A DNA stretch of 64,000 nt from assembly GCA_964036045.1 (NCBI GenBank), contig OZ038378.1, positions 12,958,001-13,022,000 on the forward strand, in the 5' to 3' direction. Both the position numbers and the translations under genes were made by a program. The DNA is from Eutreptiella sp. 'Long Island Sound 2002'. Its lineage: Eukaryota; Protista; Euglenida. Positions 60,480-64,000 of the stretch are shown piece by piece; position 1 is the first letter of the stretch, and every line of letters starts with the position of its first letter. The notes beneath the pieces are model-generated. The model saw only the letters and a list, made by a program, of their open reading frames with translations. It was not told where the DNA came from and ran no database searches.

Positions 60480-63400
60480 CCCTGCGCGTGCCTTGCGCGC
60501 ACCTTGCGCGCTCCTTTATTGATGACTTTCCCAAATTGAGTCCCCGAGTTTACCATTACTGTATGAAGCCCCCGAGTAGACCAACAGCAGCCCCTTGCCT
60601 ACCAAATGTAGCAACAAACCATCCGTGCACAACATTGAACAGACTGCCACGGATTGCTATATCCTCTAGACGGATGGGATCGTAGTCTCGGACCGGTAGC
60701 CGTGTGGCCATTTTGGCGAGCAAGTCCACCTCCCCATTGCGCCGGATTTGCTCGGGCTCCTGTGCATTGCGGGCCTCGGACTCTTGACGGTGACTGGGGA
60801 TCAACTCCATGATGACTCTCTTGTGTTGCATGTGATCACACACCTTGTGGCGGACGTCGGAATAAGACCACTCCTATGTGGGTCGTTTGTCAGCACATTT
60901 GGTCACAGCCATGTTGTCGATGTACCCGGGCCACAATGCGCAGGGGTCCTTTTGCCACCATAGCTCCCGCGGCTTGGTACTCGGAGCCCGTGATTTCTAC
61001 CGTTTGGAGGCTGCCGTCGGAATACAGGGACATGCCTTCAGGCTGCTTTTGATTGTACCAACCCCTTCGAATGCACCAAAGTGTAGAGGAAGCAAACACG
61101 GTACCCACAGGCCACGGGGCTGGCATCCTAGGACGCGGGGACAAAATCGGAGGGGTCCCACGGGGGTAGGGATTGGAAATAGCCCAAAAAGTTGCCTTGT
61201 GCACGCCCTGTGCGGTAACGCTCCCTCATAGGCATAGGGCCTAAGCATAGGTAGGGTACCCCCTGCACACTCCCACCCAACATCCCACTCCTTTGTACAT
61301 AGTAGATCTCTCCTCTCCATCACCCTTCCCTTCCTCCCTCCCTCCTGTGGTCCTACTTGGGGTCCTCCCTCCCTCCAAAGGGCACTATTTTGGGCTGTGG
61401 CACAGCTCTCCTATTGGCAGGTTCCTAGCATTGGGCCGAGCATCGATGTACTGGGATGTGCCGAGATGTCCCTTGTTGCACCTTGGTTGTGGACAGAGTT
61501 CTTGGTGTTGGGCTCTAGGGCATTGTGGGCCGTTCAAATGTTAGAGTCGTGGGCCTAATTGGCTGCATCTCCTGTATCTCCTGTGACCCGGGATGGCCCC
61601 GCCGTAAAAGCACGAAACTCTAATCCCCATCCCTTCGTACCATATATGTGTTTGCACAGTAACTGGAGGAAGCCAGTAATACCAAGTAAACATGATAGAG
61701 TGCTTGACTCGACATTTTTCGCTACCTAGACGTACAGCCGTTGCCACGTATATTCTTGGATGGACGTCTGCTCGAGCACGCCCAAAGAAGAGGAGCAATC
61801 CGTCATTGCGCTTCAGTGGGCAAATACGCATATTACCCTCCACCAGCGGAAGCACAGAGCAAACACTTTGTTGTTCGAACTGCGTTGGGGCAGAGTGGCG
61901 CCTCAGAAAAATCAAGAGCAATGAGCAGAGGTAAGATAATGCATGAGGGGGCATGAAAGCCCGTTTTCGTCGAAATAGGCCGAGCGGCACAATGCTGGGC
62001 AAGGGCTCCAAGTAACCGTCAGTGGGAGGAGGATGGAGTCGTGGTGGGGTTGCAAGAGGCTGTGGGGCTGGGGTTTGGGAAGGAAGATGTTATAGGGATG
62101 ACATGGGAGATGGGATGGCACGCATCATCAACCCGACCAGAATCTCCGGATTTAGTCGGTGCACGTCAATGCTACTGTAGGTGCAGCTACCACGGATAGG
62201 GTGTTCAGCAGTTACAACGACGAGCAGGGACTACTGGAACTCGTACCGAACCAACAAATGTTTGCTTCTGGAGCTTTCATGTCCACAAATGCTGGGACAT
62301 TTCTGAAGAAGTGACGGACCAGAGGCTCCTCAGGCCCCGCAGCACAGAGCTGGGATTTCCTCGAGACAAGCCTCAGGGCAGCGGGTTGGGGATGGGTGTA
62401 GACATAGAGCCTCAAATGGGGAAGTGGCTGGGCTGAGCATGAGAATAGAGGCGGACATGCGGGTGAGGTGGGCGAGGGGATGACAATGAGGGGTTACGGG
62501 GACAGGGCTGTGTTGAAAGCTGCAGAGGCTCGGCTGTGTCCACCGGTTTGGGTATGAACCACAACTGCGGTAAGCCGCAGAAGTGTTCAGTGCGCAGACA
62601 CTTCGAATGGGCAACTGATAACCCACGGCTCACAATCAGATTCTTCAACTGCTGGCGGTTGCTCCATTCTTCTTTCGGTTGGCTTTCTGGCGGTCAGCTG
62701 GTTAACCAGCGGCGCATCCCCCAGAGTGCCAGTGAACAATACATGGTGTCCCGCACTGAACCTGTGCCCCAGCCCCCTGAGTCCTCGCCCGCGCATAGAC
62801 CCCAGGGGGGTCATGTTTCGGGCGTACCAATGGGCGTGATCGTTCGCTTGAGTGTGATCTTAATGTCCATGTGGCTCACTCACACCGCCATTGCAAGTGC
62901 TTTCTTCGCCCAACGGTTGATGCGGTGGAGATAGAGACCAAGGACAGCAAGGTGAGAGCTTGCGTCTGTGCCAATGTCCGCTACTGCCAGCACCTATGAT
63001 TGAATCCCCGCCAACAGTGATCTGTCACTCGGGCTGACATTTTAACGGCTGTCACGTTTTGCATTCCAACCCATCACTGTCTGGTCGTTCCGCATGCTTT
63101 GTGCCCGCAGCGGATACATTCTGATGCTGCACCGCATTCCCACAAATGCGCACCTTCCCTTGCTCAGAACTCAACCTGGTTCTGTGTTGCGTCGTGCACA
63201 GACCGTGGTGTGCTTTTTAACGGCTGTAATCGTGGTTAGGCTTCCCCCTTGGATGCATCCCCTGAAGGGCCTGGACGTTGACCATAAACCGTCACCCAAG
63301 TGCCCAGCTGTTTGCTGGTGCCGTGTGCACAGGTGTCATCCTGTGCGTCCCGCTGTGTTGGCATTGGCCAACCCGGCCCCCCTCCTCAGTCATCGTTTGC

Positions 63401-63600
63401 ACAACCCACTTTCATGGGGACCACATTGGTGTCAAATGTCTCCCATGAAAGGGAAAGTAATCCCGGTGCTGCGGTTCGTAGAATTGCTGAGCACTGAGCT
63501 CATGGGTGCACAGCACCCCAACACCATTTGATGCAACCCATAAATACTACCACAAGTGCATGAAACACATTACTTGATACCATTTTTTTAAGGCACAATG
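60480..63600 (-). mobile_element. Degenerate non-LTR retrotransposon; RNase H recognisable at ~60700-61035, upstream extent uncertain
   Basis: SLYSDGS...AAG (first catalytic Asp) and ELIPSH...RNGEVDLLAK (WVPSH..GNExADxLAK); flanking frames are interrupted. Confidence 0.6.
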
Positions 63601-64000
63601 CACATTGCGATGCAGACCTTAGTCTTGTTCAACTTAAGCTTCTGATTATACTTCTGCTGCTGTCGCTTTTGGCCCTGGGTTTTGTAAGGCACCTGCACAG
63701 CAAATTTTTTCCAAATGTTTCCTGAGGGGCCTGCAATCCTGCTGAGTGGGGGAAATGCACAGGAGGTGGGCACAGCGCGCAAAGCACTACCATGACACCA
63801 GTGCACAGTGCACCCCAAATTCTGTGATGGTGGCTTGGTACTGTTGGCACACCCAACATCGATGTTGTATTGCCAGGTGTAAATGTGTGGGCGCATGCGC
63901 GTGTGCCTGTTACCGCATCATCAAAACATGAGTCAAATAAATCAAACCGCGGCCTGACGCTGCTTGCATTGGGGCTGTTGTTCACCAGGACTGCCTGACC

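Overview
Eukaryotic, intron-rich and repeat-rich nuclear DNA, almost certainly from a euglenid: two 25-nt matches to the euglenid spliced leader (CTTTCTGAGTGTCTATTTTTTTTCG) occur at 46658-46682(-) and 50629-50653(+). The genus cannot be fixed from sequence alone. (1) 1-8097 is a ~99% identical tandem array with periods of 2938 and 3602 bp. Each unit carries the 5' exons of an RBBP4/7-MSI1 (CAF-1 p48)-like gene, with an 83-bp VNTR inside intron 2. (2) Spliced host genes, all on the minus strand: an unknown 139-aa three-exon gene, a myosin-N-SH3 + IQ gene apparently lacking a motor domain, a ubiquitin-like-domain gene, an intronless TMEM222/RTE1-family gene, and a SEC14/CRAL-TRIO gene with a Tubby/scramblase-like C-terminus and a 5.7-kb fold-back intron. 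(3) An apparently intact 5075-bp tyrosine-recombinase retrotransposon (33915-38989) has gag-YR-RT/RNaseH order, perfect split direct repeats and GTT junction cores. (4) The rest includes decayed Gypsy, LINE and DIRS-like remnants, MITE-like elements, mini- and microsatellites, telomere-like repeats and a possible Polinton-like-virus capsid fragment. No rRNA, tRNA or CRISPR features were found. Exon models were built by hand from GT-AG sites and reading phase; family assignments come from recalled motif similarity, not database searches.
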